From an uncultured Actinomycetota bacterium (GTDB lineage: Bacteria; Actinomycetota; Thermoleophilia; Solirubrobacterales; Solirubrobacteraceae), in NCBI GenBank assembly GCA_963830395.1, contig CAWHMI010000004.1:264980-328979 (forward strand): 64,000 nt of DNA, given 5' to 3'. A model generated the notes under the pieces. It worked only from the letters and a program-made list of their open reading frames with translations, searched no databases and was not told the DNA's origin. A program made the position numbers and the translations under genes. Positions 48,362-59,225 of the stretch are shown here, one piece after another. Within the stretch, counting starts at the first letter, position 1. Every line of letters starts with the position of its first letter.

Positions 48362-49351
48362 TCAGCGCCGGATGTCGGCCACGAGCGCCTCCCAGTTGCC
48401 GGCGGCGATCCGCTCCTGGTCGGCGCGATCGAGCCCCGCGGCCTGAAGGAAGTGCTCGACGCCACCGTCGGGGCCGGGTCGGTACGGGTAGTCGGTCGCG
48501 AACATGATGCGCTCCACTCCGACCACCTCGACCGCCCATCGCAGGTAACGCCGGCTGTAGACGCCGCCGGCGGTGATGTAGGCGTTGCGGCGAACGTACT
48601 CCGAGAACGGCTCGGGGAGCTTGGCCTGCATCGCCAGGCCGTCGGCCCGGTCGAGGTAGAACAGGACGACCTCGCCCCAGTGGCCGAGCAGGACCTGGAG
48701 GTCGGGGAAGCGGTCGAACACGCCGGCAACCGCGAGCCGGAGGAACTGCACGCCGGACTCGTAGTGCCAGCCGATGCCGTAGGTGGCGAAGGCGTTGTCG
48801 ATGGCGTCGTCGAAGCCCGCGTACAGCGCCGCCCGAACCCGCGGCTGCGGGATCTGGGGGTGGATGTACAGCGGAGCGCGCAGCGACGCAGCCGCCTCGA
48901 AGATCGGCCAGTTGTCGGGGTGGTCGAGATTGCGGTCACCGGTCCGGCCGAAGAGGAGGGCACCGTTGAGGCCAAGCTCGGTGACCGCGCGCTCGAGCTC
49001 CCGCGCGGCTGCCTCCGGCGCGGGCGTGGCCAGGGTGGCGAAGCCCTCAAACCGGTCCGGGTGGCCGTTCACGAGCTCGGCGATGCGGTCGTTGGTCTCG
49101 ATTTGCAGGCGGGTGGCCTCATCCGCCGCAAGGTTGTGAAGGCCGGGAGAGGTGAGCGAGATCACCTGGACTTCCAGCCCCGCCTCGTCCATCGCCGCGA
49201 TCCGGCGCTCTCCGACCTCGCGTAGCCGCTCCCCCACCTCCCCCGGAGGGATGCTGGCCCGTGAGTCCTCGCGCGCGAGGGAGTCGAGTGCGCTCCACGC
49301 CGTGACGACCTCGTCGGTGACGAAATGCTCCTCGGTGCCGATCGTCTTCAT
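48362..49351 (-). CDS. Amidohydrolase family 2 (ACMSD/decarboxylase-like)
   Basis: IGTEEHF, LYIHP, VFDRFPDLQVLLGHWGE, IMFATDYPY. Confidence 0.9.
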   Translation of the reverse strand: MKTIGTEEHFVTDEVVTAWSALDSLAREDSRASIPPGEVGERLREVGERRIAAMDEAGLEVQVISLTSPGLHNLAADEATRLQIETNDRIAELVNGHPDRFEGFATLATPAPEAAARELERAVTELGLNGALLFGRTGDRNLDHPDNWPIFEAAASLRAPLYIHPQIPQPRVRAALYAGFDDAIDNAFATYGIGWHYESGVQFLRLAVAGVFDRFPDLQVLLGHWGEVVLFYLDRADGLAMQAKLPEPFSEYVRRNAYITAGGVYSRRYLRWAVEVVGVERIMFATDYPYRPGPDGGVEHFLQAAGLDRADQERIAAGNWEALVADIRR

Positions 49352-49385
49352 CGCGGTGACTGCCTCCCGTCGCCCCGGTATTCGT

Positions 49386-51404
49386 CTATCCAGACCACCA
49401 GTAGCTCTCGTCGGCCGCCAGCTTGCGGACATACATCAGCCCTGACTTGTTGGCGCGGAAGGCATCCTGCCAACTGGGGGGACGTTCGGAGTCGAACTCG
49501 ATGAGCGTCTCGGACGTGGTTCGCGACCGGATATTGAAGAAGGTCGCTCGCAGGTACCCGTGATTGCCGTGCGCATTTGAATGCAGGTTGTAGCCGTCGC
49601 GCATCCATTTGTTGCCGCCACGAGTCTCGAGGAACGACTTGCTGAAGCCCGCCTCCTTATGCAGCCAGTCGACCAGGCTCGAGCCGGTTGAGCCCTCGGT
49701 CAGCCCCTCGAAGGCAGCCTTGTTCGGCACCTCCCAGTTACTGTGAGGAAAGTCGGTGAGGCTGGTGGCGCCCATCGGCCGTCGGGTTTCGAAGTGGGGG
49801 CTGTCCTTTCTGGCACCCGCACTGACGTAGTAGCGGATCGAGGCGAGATGGTTGAGGTCGACCTCGGGCGCGAACGCCCCGGAAGGATCGGTGATCCACA
49901 TCTCGCGGGTCTTGGTCTCGACTACGGTGTTGGCGGCGACGGCAGGCTTGAGCGAGCCGGCCTGGCCTGCGACGTTGCCTCGCAGCCGCTCCAGGTTGGC
50001 GGTGGCGTTGGCGGGGCTGTAGACCGTAGGCTTAGCGTGGAAATACTCCTGGAGCAGCATCGCCAGCTGGACCTGGTAGGAGGCGAAGTAGTCATAGATG
50101 CTCCTGACCTCGGCGGAGTCCTTGGGACCAAAGAACCTCCGCTTACCGAGCGTCCGCGAGGCTGACTTGATCAAGTTGTCGGCGAGGCCGACCTGGGAGC
50201 CGAGATGCTGGTTGAGGATCTCTGGGGCGTCGATCAGGTTGGCGCCGATGTAATCGATGATCGTCTGGGTGAACGCGCGCTTCGTCGGATCTCTGGCCGG
50301 CATATTCGCCAGCAGCGCCACCTGACTGACCGCGTGCTTGATCTGTCCGGTGGTGCGATCGGTCTGGTGAAGCAGCGTGCTGAATCCGGCGAGCGCCACC
50401 TCTCCCTGCAGCTGGGTGACCTGGGCCCCCAGCTCTTGAACCAGCCGCCTGATCTCCAGTACCGTCGGGTCGGGGAGCTTGTCGTCCAAGCCGAACGCGG
50501 CCAGCAACCATCCCAGCACCGTGCTCCCCGCCTTCTCACCCACGGCGCTGGCCAGCGACGAGCCCGCCCAGGAAGCCAGCGCCTTGAAGGCGGCACCGAT
50601 CACGGGCCCGGCAGCCGCTACCGCTGCCGAGGCACGCGGGGCCGAAGCGGCAAAGCTGATCCGACGAACCCGCTCGCCGACAAACCGGTGCGCTGGGCCG
50701 CCCCGCCGTGCGTCGCGAACCAGTGCCTGGTCGAGTGCGGCGATACCCCCGGCACGCCGGGCCGCGGCCAGGTAATCGGCGCCATCGAAGTACCGATCGC
50801 TGTGGCTCAGATCGAAGTCGTCCTCCCAGGCCGGAATGCCCAGCAGATGGTCAACCTCCCGCTGCGCGGCGGCCGGCGTCGACGCCCGGCTCCGAGCCCC
50901 ACTGATTCCCGCCGCGCCGGCGATCAGGGTGGTGACGGGATTGACGTACGACACGCTGCCCGAGTGATAGCCACGTACCACTGCGCCCAGCGTGCCCGGT
51001 AGGCGACGACCTCCCACCCGACCGCCGGCCATCACGACCGTGAACTCGCGTGGCAGGCGCGTGAACGCAAGCAAGGCCACACCGGTAGCCGCAGTCCTCC
51101 GCGCCCGCCGCCCGTCGGTCTCAGCCAGCGGCGGTCCCGCCAGCCCCCGCCCGGAAAGGTTCACCCCGCGCGGTGCGCCCGCGTAAACCCGCACCTCGGC
51201 TCCACTCAGCGGATTACCAGCGCCGATCACTCCCCACACTGCCAGCACCGCCGGCCTGGCTCGCCTCTCCGCGGCACGAGCCGACCCAGCGCAAGCGAGC
51301 ACCCCGACCGACGCTAGAACCGCCACGCCTATCACCGCCAACCAACTGACCCGAGTGCGCGCGGTACCTAGAAAGCCGCTCGAGCGACTTGCTGTAGATC
51401 GCAC
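49386..51404 (-). CDS. Large secreted hypothetical protein with a hydrophobic helix and coiled-coil core
   Basis: Signal peptide; intact ~670-aa ORF; start inferred at GTG 51404. Confidence 0.7.
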   Translation of the reverse strand: MRSTASRSSGFLGTARTRVSWLAVIGVAVLASVGVLACAGSARAAERRARPAVLAVWGVIGAGNPLSGAEVRVYAGAPRGVNLSGRGLAGPPLAETDGRRARRTAATGVALLAFTRLPREFTVVMAGGRVGGRRLPGTLGAVVRGYHSGSVSYVNPVTTLIAGAAGISGARSRASTPAAAQREVDHLLGIPAWEDDFDLSHSDRYFDGADYLAAARRAGGIAALDQALVRDARRGGPAHRFVGERVRRISFAASAPRASAAVAAAGPVIGAAFKALASWAGSSLASAVGEKAGSTVLGWLLAAFGLDDKLPDPTVLEIRRLVQELGAQVTQLQGEVALAGFSTLLHQTDRTTGQIKHAVSQVALLANMPARDPTKRAFTQTIIDYIGANLIDAPEILNQHLGSQVGLADNLIKSASRTLGKRRFFGPKDSAEVRSIYDYFASYQVQLAMLLQEYFHAKPTVYSPANATANLERLRGNVAGQAGSLKPAVAANTVVETKTREMWITDPSGAFAPEVDLNHLASIRYYVSAGARKDSPHFETRRPMGATSLTDFPHSNWEVPNKAAFEGLTEGSTGSSLVDWLHKEAGFSKSFLETRGGNKWMRDGYNLHSNAHGNHGYLRATFFNIRSRTTSETLIEFDSERPPSWQDAFRANKSGLMYVRKLAADESYWWSG

Positions 51405-51489
51405 ACGGGCACTCTCGGACCTCAAGGAAGCCTCACCATACACCGCGCTCGGATCAGGCGGGGGTCGGGTCGCCGACCATCGCGGCGGC

Positions 51490-51918
51490 CTCGGCGCCGG
51501 CGGCCACATCTCGATCGCATACAGCGGCGGCTCGAGCGCCGCGAGCGTCCCCGGTGAACGCCCGAATCGCTCATCGCGGCCGGCTGCCACCGCCGCGTCG
51601 TAGGCCTGCAACGTCGAGGGCAGCTCCGCCAGGCCAAGCGCGTCGGCCAGTCCCGCTGCCGACTCTGCCCGCGTGATCCAGCCTGCCGCCAGTTCAGCGC
51701 TGTTGTCGGGGCTCCACGCGTAGTCGTTGGGCGTGCCGACGATGCCGTGCAGCGGCCCGGCGAGTCGGGCGACCTCGTCGAACACGATGTAGCCGGGAGA
51801 TGGGGATGTTCTCGTTGCGGGGGAGGGCGGCCGTCCAGCACCGGACCTTGTCGTGGACCTCCCAGCCGGTCTCGTCGGCGAAGCGGCGGCCGTCGGCATC
51901 GACGTAGACGAAGCTCAC
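51490..51918 (-). pseudogene. Internal fragment of an FAD-dependent oxidoreductase (SDH/KstD-like flavoprotein)
   Basis: VYVDADGRRFADE...ITRAESAAGLADALG...YDAAVAAGRDERFGR...PPLYAIEMWP, frameshifted, both ends missing. Confidence 0.75.
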
Positions 51919-51922
51919 CGAC

Positions 51923-51952
51923 TTGACAATTACTCGCTACAACGTCTAACCT
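51923..51952 (+). promoter_or_regulatory. Sigma70-type promoter TTGACA-N18-TAACCT
   Basis: Consensus -35 and TANNNT -10 in an AT-rich patch ~70 bp before GTG 52021, which has an RBS-like aaggggg. Confidence 0.6.
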
Positions 51953-52020
51953 GGCTGTTAGGCATTTACCAAACACACTGGTGAGCTATTAGCGGACCGT
52001 CCGCACAGAAAGGGGGCAAC

Positions 52021-54099
52021 GTGCCGCTGAACCCGATTGGTGTCACCGCAGCGCAGCTGAAGGCACGAAGCCGCCGGCGCCTCGCCGCCGGATGGGGGCT
52101 GGCACGGAGGCGATCGGCGTGGCCAGGATGGCTCGCGGCCGTTTGTCTGACTGTGCTGCTCGCGGGGGCCGGTTCAGCGGTGGCGTTCGTGCCGTTGCCC
52201 GTGGGGGCGCAGGTCAACGATGACCCACCGGCGGGGATCGATCCGCATCTGAGTGTCTCAGGTGAGGATCCAACCAACGCCGATGTAGCTGGTGGTGCAC
52301 TGGTGGCGGGCAAACCGGCGGTGCCGTGGGCGATCTTTCGCCAGCAGGAGGTGGCCGGCTCACACGATCAGATCTTCTCGCGCTCGTTCGCGGGTGGATT
52401 GTGGACGACGCGCGGGAACAGCACCGTCGGCGGTCGCTCCAGCGCCAGCCCGCAGTTCCCGGCGTCGCTGAACTTCGACCAGGGCCAGGACGGCGAGGCG
52501 CCGGCGATCGACTTCGCCGGCGCGGGGCGCGCGGTGCCGTGGGCGACGTGGTATGAGAACACCAGCGGCGTGGGGTTTGGGGCCAACAACGTGTTTGCCA
52601 GCCGCTTTGATGTCAATCAGACCAAGTGGATATTCGCCGGGCAAAGCCGCGGTGCTGGGGGCGGCAGCGTCCCGGTTCCGTCGCTGAACCTGCACACCGA
52701 CCAGAGCGCGGAGAACCCTTCGGTCGCCGGAGGTTCGGCCGTCGACCCAACCAAGCCCGGGCCATGGGTGACCTGGCAAGAGACCACCACCTCGCCGGTT
52801 TCCGGGCGCGACCAGATCTTCGTCGAGCGCCCCATCGGCCCAGGGGCAGCCAACTGCGACGGCGTCACACCCGCCGGCGTGCCCGACGGCGGGCATGTGC
52901 CTGCGATCGGCGGCTTTTGCTGGCAGCAGGCCGGCATCCCCCGCGTCGGCCCGGCTGCTGCTGACCCCAGCCTCAACGTTGACCCCACCCGCAACGGCGT
53001 GGAGCCCGACATCGCCTTCACCGGCCCCAACGACAGCGTTCCGTGGGTGGTGTGGTATGAGAAGGACTCCACCGCGATTCCCGGGCTCGCCAGCAGCGAG
53101 CTGGTGTTCGCGGCCAAGGGGAACAGCGACGGGGTCGCGACCAACGGCAGCTTTCACTGGGTCGTTGTCGGTAACCGCCTGAGCGGCACTCTGGATCGCA
53201 GCGGCGCTAACGGCTTCGGTACGTGCGCGGCGTCAGCGTCCAACGAGAAGCAATGCTCGCTGAACCGCAACTCCAATCGCGACGCCGAGGATCCGCGCGT
53301 GGCCGCCGGCACGATGACGCCCGGCCAGCCGACCGTGCCGTGGGTCGTGTGGGATGAGAAGGCCTTTGGGGCCAACCGGATCTTCGTCTCGCGCCTGGTG
53401 GGCAGCGGCGCCGGGGCCCATTTCGAGCTGGCCAACCACGGTCTGCCGATCTCGATCATCGGCGGCGCGACCCGGCCCGACATCACCTTCGCCGCCAACA
53501 CGCCGTATGTGAGCTGGCGCGGCCAGGTCGGCGGGCAGACGCGCGGGTTCATCGGGCACTTGATCAACGCCAGCGATCCGACGTTTGTCCTCGACGAGGC
53601 CAACATCCCGCTCACCCCGACCACGCAGGCCGACGTGCGCGAGCCGATCTCGTCCAACTGCACGGCCAACCCGTTCAACGCCGACGGCTCGGCCTGTCAG
53701 GGCGATCCGGTGCCGACGCCGTTCTTCCTGTACACGCGCGGGACCAGCCCAGCGCGGCTGTTCGCCGGCGCCGTGGTCACCGGAGCGTTCTCTCACCGGG
53801 CCACCCTGGTCAACCGCGGTCGCCGGGTCCACGCCAGCGGCCCGGCACCGGCCTGCAAGGGCAACCAGCGGATCTTCCTGACCGTCTCAATTCGGCAGCG
53901 GCGGACGCTCGCCGTGGGAAACTGGTCCAGGCACGGCTGCGTCGGCAACCCGCGACAATGGCATGTGACGCTCGCGATCAAGGGCGGCGGCCGTCTGCAC
54001 CCCGGATTGGCCATCGGACGCGGCACAGCCAGGATCACCTTCCATGGCCGCACGGTGAAAACCATCCGCTGGCAGAGCACGGTCAGACTAGTGCGCTGA
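52021..54099 (+). CDS. Secreted repeat protein (probable beta-propeller) with a C-terminal beta domain
   Basis: Signal peptide; six PW-x-x-W-x-E...IF-x-x-R-type repeats. Confidence 0.75.
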   Translation: MPLNPIGVTAAQLKARSRRRLAAGWGLARRRSAWPGWLAAVCLTVLLAGAGSAVAFVPLPVGAQVNDDPPAGIDPHLSVSGEDPTNADVAGGALVAGKPAVPWAIFRQQEVAGSHDQIFSRSFAGGLWTTRGNSTVGGRSSASPQFPASLNFDQGQDGEAPAIDFAGAGRAVPWATWYENTSGVGFGANNVFASRFDVNQTKWIFAGQSRGAGGGSVPVPSLNLHTDQSAENPSVAGGSAVDPTKPGPWVTWQETTTSPVSGRDQIFVERPIGPGAANCDGVTPAGVPDGGHVPAIGGFCWQQAGIPRVGPAAADPSLNVDPTRNGVEPDIAFTGPNDSVPWVVWYEKDSTAIPGLASSELVFAAKGNSDGVATNGSFHWVVVGNRLSGTLDRSGANGFGTCAASASNEKQCSLNRNSNRDAEDPRVAAGTMTPGQPTVPWVVWDEKAFGANRIFVSRLVGSGAGAHFELANHGLPISIIGGATRPDITFAANTPYVSWRGQVGGQTRGFIGHLINASDPTFVLDEANIPLTPTTQADVREPISSNCTANPFNADGSACQGDPVPTPFFLYTRGTSPARLFAGAVVTGAFSHRATLVNRGRRVHASGPAPACKGNQRIFLTVSIRQRRTLAVGNWSRHGCVGNPRQWHVTLAIKGGGRLHPGLAIGRGTARITFHGRTVKTIRWQSTVRLVR

Positions 54100-54225
54100 T
54101 ATTGAGCTGCCGGCGACAGCGTCAAACCGTCGCTCGGCGCGAATGCCCGGACGTCAGGCTCGATGAAACGGCCGTTCTCTACGTAGGTTTGTTGACGGGC
54201 GCGGGGGCGACTCCCTTGACCGATT

Positions 54226-54933
54226 GTGCAGGTATGCAACCCTGTCAAGGTGTCCTCCGACGGCCTCAAACCAGCCGGCCCAGCGCCGATCAGCGAGGAG
54301 CAACCGGTGCGGGTTTACGAGCGCGCCGGCATCGGCCATTCGATCGAGCGGGGGGCACACGCCGCCATTCTCGTGGTCGATTTCTCCGCAGGTTTCACTC
54401 GCCCGGAGTATGTGACCGGCGCCGATCTCTCCAGCCAGGTACTGGCGACGGCGCGGCTGCTGGAGGCCGCGCGTGGCCAGTCGCTGCCTGTGTTCTTCAC
54501 CACGGTCGCGTACGAGCCCAATCTCCGCGATGCCGGCGTTTGGCTTCAGAAGATTCCAGGGCTGAGCACTCTCGTGTACGGCACCCCGCAGGTCGAACTC
54601 GACGACCGGCTCGCGCGCCGCCGTGATGAGACGCTGATCGTCAAGAAGGGCGCCTCTGCCTTCTTTGGCACCAATCTCGCCGCGCTGCTGGCGGCCCACG
54701 GCGTGGACACTCTGATCGTGTGCGGCGCCACCACCAGCGGGTGCGTACGCGCGAGCGTGGTCGACGCGGTTCAGTACGGGTTTCCGACCTTGGTGCCGGC
54801 GGAGTGCGTTGGCGACCGCGCCGTCGGTCCCCATGAGGCCAATCTGTTCGATATTCAGGCCAAGTACGCCGACGTGGTCCCGCTCGACGATGTCCTTGGC
54901 TATATCGCCGGGCTCACTGAGGTGCCTGCATAG
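54226..54933 (+). CDS. Isochorismatase-family amidohydrolase (N-carbamoylsarcosine amidase/maleamate amidohydrolase-like)
   Basis: LVVDFSAGFT, KKGASAFFGT, GATTSGCVRASVVDA. Confidence 0.88.
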   Translation: MQVCNPVKVSSDGLKPAGPAPISEEQPVRVYERAGIGHSIERGAHAAILVVDFSAGFTRPEYVTGADLSSQVLATARLLEAARGQSLPVFFTTVAYEPNLRDAGVWLQKIPGLSTLVYGTPQVELDDRLARRRDETLIVKKGASAFFGTNLAALLAAHGVDTLIVCGATTSGCVRASVVDAVQYGFPTLVPAECVGDRAVGPHEANLFDIQAKYADVVPLDDVLGYIAGLTEVPA

Positions 54934-55112
54934 GACTGGTTGCCTCCGCGCGCCGCGAGGCGGCCCACTCGCGGTGAAAGTGCCGATTGGTCAGAATTGG
55001 GCGTGGCCGGCGATGAACGGGGGGGCAGCGGCGATGCCGGCGGTGCAGGTGGAGTCCCAAACTGTCAGTCTCACCGCGACCATGCGAGGGTTCGACAGGA
55101 GCGGTAGGGGAC

Positions 55113-55859
55113 ATGCCACGCGTGCTGATCGTTGGGGAGAGCTGGATCAGCCAGTCGACCCACATCAAGGGATTTGATCAGTTCGAGTCCTCCGCGTATC
55201 ACACGGGCGTAGGCCCGCTGCGCGACGCGCTCAGCGCGGACGGACACGAAGTCGTCCATCTTGCCGCGCACTCCGTCGCCGCTGAGTTGCCGGACACCGC
55301 GGATGGGCTTGACCAGTACGAAGTGATCATGCTCTCGGACATCGGTGCTGACACCATTCTGCTCTCCCCCCGGACCTTCCTGGAGGGACAGATCACCGGG
55401 AATCGGCTTGCGCTGATGCGAGACTGGGTGATGGCGGGCGGTGGCCTGGCCATGGCAAGGGGTTATCTGAGCTTCCAGGGCATCGGCGGCCGCGCCCGGT
55501 ACCGCCGCACCCGGTCGAGGAGGTGCTGCCGTGCACCATCGATCCCTGGGACGATCGAGTGGAGGTGCCCGAGGGGGCCGTGGCCTCGGTTCTCGAAAAC
55601 GATCACCCGATCCTCGCGGGCGTTAGCGCAGATTGGCCGGCCCTGCTGGGCACAACCGGTTCCATCTATGCGAGGACGCTCTCCTGTTGGCGCAGTTCGA
55701 TGGGACCCGATCCTGGCCGTCCGGCAGCCCGGCGGCGGTCGGACCCTCATCTGGACATCGGATATCGGACCGCACTGGTGCCCAGAGGCGTGTGTGACCT
55801 AGAGGGGGTACGCGACACTCTGGTCGCAGGCGGTGAGTTGGCTCGCCGGGCGGGGATGA
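55113..55859 (+). pseudogene. DUF1355/GATase1-like protein with several frameshifts
   Basis: RVLIVGESW, YEVIMLSDIGADT, GYLSFQGI and WTSDIGPHWCP lie in shifting frames. Confidence 0.8.
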
Positions 55860-56814
55860 TCAACGCCGCCGGGATCGTCGTAGAGGTCGCTCGGGTGGTC
55901 CAAGCGCCGCGACGGTTTTCTCTGCCTCCGTGAGCGCCTCCGCGGCTCCGACTTCTCCCCGCAGCACCCGGACGATCTGGTCACCGAGCCGGTTCCCGAC
56001 CTCCATCCCGTGCCGCGTCACCGGCCGTCCCCGCGTGCGAACGGCCGCGTCTCGGCGACCGTGTCAAAGAGGTTCGGTGCAAAGCGCGCGACAAAGCGGG
56101 AATCATGGAAGACGGAATTGCGGGCGACCTCCACGAAGCCACTCTGCTGGACGTCGTCGAGGACCTGATCGGGGCCACATAGGAACTTGGCGAGCACCAC
56201 GCCGCCTGCTTTGAGCGCGACCGCGATGGAATCGCATAGGGAGGCGTGTACAGACCGACGTGACGCGTGCCGGCGGCCCGGCGGGCATCAACGCGGTGGA
56301 GGTGGCCTCGGCGATGGCTCCGCCTTGGTCGTACAGGATCGAGGCCTCGTTGGCGGGCTCGATGGTGATCGCAGCTCGGCCGGCGCCGTAGCAGGCCATG
56401 CAGTCCATGAAGTCCATCGTTGATGCCTCCGGCGGCCCGGCACGACGGACGAGGTCGACGTAGTGCTCGACGGCGCCGGTCAGCTCCGGAGTGGCGAGCG
56501 TCGGCAGGCCTTGGTCCGTCGTACCAGCGCGCCGAACGAGGGGCCCCAGGTCGAGCCGATGATCCAGAAGTTGAGTCCGCAGTTCGGCGCGCCTCGGATT
56601 GCGATGCCGTGAAAGTCGGCCGCTCCCGCAGCTCGCTCGGCCTCCTGAACGCCGATCGCGGCGGTGGTCAGCTCGTCGAGCGTCTGAGGCACGGCGACAC
56701 CATGCTCGGCGAACAGGTCGGCTCGGTAGATCAGCATGTTGGAGACGAAGCAGTAGGGAAGCCCCCAGATTCGTCCGCCGTCCAGTCCTCCTGCATCACG
56801 CGGACGGTCGTCAT
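55860..56814 (-). pseudogene. Sugar ABC substrate-binding protein remnant
   Basis: LPYCFVSNMLIYRADLF..VPQTLDEL, HVGLYTPPYAIP and RVLRGEVGAAEAL segments in different frames; large N-terminal deletion. Confidence 0.7.
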
Positions 56815-58025
56815 CGTCGTTTCTCCTCGCTGGTTGACCGGATATGGAGGTCGGAGCGCTCGAAGACCTCGGGGCGGAGCTCGAGGCCGAGCCCGGGACC
56901 GGCGGGCGTGGACACCATGCCTCGTTCGATCACCGGCAGCGCAGTGACGAACTCCCTGTACCAGCCATCCCAGAACGCGCGCACGCTTTCCTGGCGGATC
57001 GCGTTGGGTAGGTGCAGCGACAGGTGCGTTGCCGCGGTGTAGACGATCGGCCCGGTGCAGTCGTGGGGCGCTACCGGTCGCTCGTATGCCTCCGCGAGCT
57101 GCGGCGGCCTTGCGCGCCGCCGTGATCCCGCCAACCCAGCCCACGTCGAAGATCAAGATCCTCGCCCCGTCGCGAGCCAGCAGGTCTCGGTAGTCGGCCA
57201 GCCCGGCGAGCGTCTCTCCCGCGGCGATCGGCGTGCGTGTAGCGCGTTGGACGACGGCGTGCGCGTCAGCGCTCGTGGCCCGGACCGGATCCTCGATCCA
57301 GAACAGGTCAAATTCGGCCAGGGCTGACACGATCCGACACGCCGCCGGGACGTCCCACAGCGCGTGCAACTCGATCATCATGTCCATCTCGGGCCCTACC
57401 GCGTCCCGGATGTGGCGGATCGGCTCGAGCGCACGGTCGAGCTCCGCTCCGGATATGTAGTGACCGAGCGTCGCCTCGGCATAGGGATCGAACGGCCAGA
57501 TCTTCATCGCGGTGGTGCCCTCGTCGAGCAGACTGCGAGCGAGCTCGACGGGACTGTGCAAAAACGCGTCGAGATCCTCGTGGCGCCCGTCGGCGCCTGG
57601 CTCGTCCAGACCCCAGTTCGCGACCGCCTGAGCCCGGCGTCCGCGTCCGTAACGCTCGCCGGCGCAGGTGTTGTAGGTGCGGATCTGATCGCGCGATCGG
57701 CCCCCGAGCAGGGCGTGGAGAGGCTGCCCGAGCGACTTACCAAGGACGTCCCAGAGCGCGATGTCAACCGCGAGGCCGCCCGCACCTCGGCGCCGCTGGA
57801 GGCCGACCCGACGTAGCCGCGCAACGAGTTGGAGTGACGCTCGATCTGGGCTGGGTCCTTGCCCAGCAGGTAGTCGGCGATCGCGGCGTGCATGTGGGCC
57901 TCGACGGCGTCGGCGAAGAAGAAGGTCTCGCCGAGACCGATCAGACCATGGTCGCAATGCACCAGGACGTGGACGAGATTGGGGAATTCTTCGGTCCGGA
58001 CGGTGTCGATGCGCGTCACCCTCAT
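56811..58025 (-). pseudogene. Mandelate racemase/enolase-superfamily dehydratase, frameshifted near 57790 and 57115
   Basis: GLGETF, VDIALWD, MKIWPFD, MIELH, WIEDP, AAGE, VAPHDCTG, PGLGLEL. Confidence 0.85.
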
Positions 58026-58169
58026 CGACGTCTCCCGTAAACGACGCGCCCACCGGATGCCGGCTTTCGCCAGGCCACCCCTTCGGCGACCAGCCGCTCG
58101 GCATGACCGTAAACGCTGTAGACAAGCTCTGAGGCGACCTCCTTGCGCCATGGCCGATCGAGCTGATCG

Positions 58170-58575
58170 TTAACGCGCGCCCTGGAGACAGTCGCCGCTG
58201 AACAAGGCGCCCGAGCGCTCGTCGAGCAGCGCCAGGTGACCGGCCGAATGGCCCGGGACGTGCAGGACCCGAACCGTCCAGCCCGGCCCGAGCGTGAGCA
58301 CCTCGCCGCCCGTGAAGCCGATGTCCACGCGCTCGGGCTCGCCCGACTCCGCGCGCAACCAGGTCAGGGAGGCCTCGTCCGGGCCGATCCCGTCCTCGGC
58401 CAGGTAGCCCTGGTACCGGTTAGCGACCAGGACCTCCGGATCGGACACGAGCGGCAGGTCGAAAACTCCGCACCGATCACCAGCGATGGCCTGGCCTGCA
58501 TCAGGACGTGAGCGCCACCCTGATGATCGACATCGCAATGCGTGATGAGGAGCATGTCGAGATGACCACCGGGCG
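58170..58575 (-). pseudogene. MBL-fold metallohydrolase fragment
   Basis: THCDVDHQGG, VPGHSAGH, LFSGD. Confidence 0.8.
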
Positions 58576-58718
58576 CTCGGCGGCCGCCACCATCTCGGCT
58601 GCGGCGGCCACGCCGTCGGCTCGGGCTGCGGACGGCGGCGCGGATTGGGGCGCAGGTGCTCTTCGGTGACCAGAGCGGGCGCGACCTCCTGGCGCAGGAC
58701 GTCGGTCGGAATCTCCAC

Positions 58719-59225
58719 CTACACCGGGCCGGGCTCTCCGCGGTCGCCCTCGGCGCGCGACCACGCCTCGTCGAGCTCGCGCAGCAGCTGGTCGGCGACG
58801 CCCAGAGTGCGCGCCAGCCGCGTGATCGGCCGCAGGATCTCGACGTGCGCAATCCCCTGCAGCGGCCCCATGTTCTCCTGGGGCCGGGGCGGGCACCCCC
58901 CAATCACGATCAGCGGGATCCGCGACACGGCAGCGTTCGCCACTGCCGTGACCGTATTGGTGACAGCGGGCCCAGCCGTGACAAGCGCGACGTCCATCTC
59001 CCCGGTCAGCTCTCGGTGAGCGTGAGCCATATGCACGGCCGCGCCCTCGTCACGCACGTCGATGATGCGGTCGTCTCGGCGGGCCAACTGGTCCCAGATC
59101 GGCTGGATGTGACCGCCTTGAAGTCCGAACACGCGATCGACGCCCCGCTCGGTCAGGAACCGAGCGACAAGCACCGCGCCCAGCGCGCCCCCCGCGACGT
59201 CTACCCCGCGTTGGCTCCCCGACAT
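58719..59225 (-). pseudogene. N-terminal fragment of a TPP-dependent (acetolactate synthase-like) enzyme
   Basis: [31 protein letters not shown]; truncated after DRGEPGPV. Confidence 0.85.

Noticed and set aside
49377-49388. 12-mer ggtattcgtcta shared with 5233-5244 (minus strand)
   Set aside because: Different orientation relative to the genes and overlaps a stop codon; probably coincidental.
49386-51899. Single 837-aa protein
   Set aside because: The first ~165 aa belong to the flavoprotein remnant and intergenic DNA; a signal peptide appears only after GTG 51404.
55930-56420. Separate enzyme gene (e.g. ADP-ribosylglycohydrolase)
   Set aside because: Re-reading across frames shows it is the C-terminal half of the broken sugar-binding protein.
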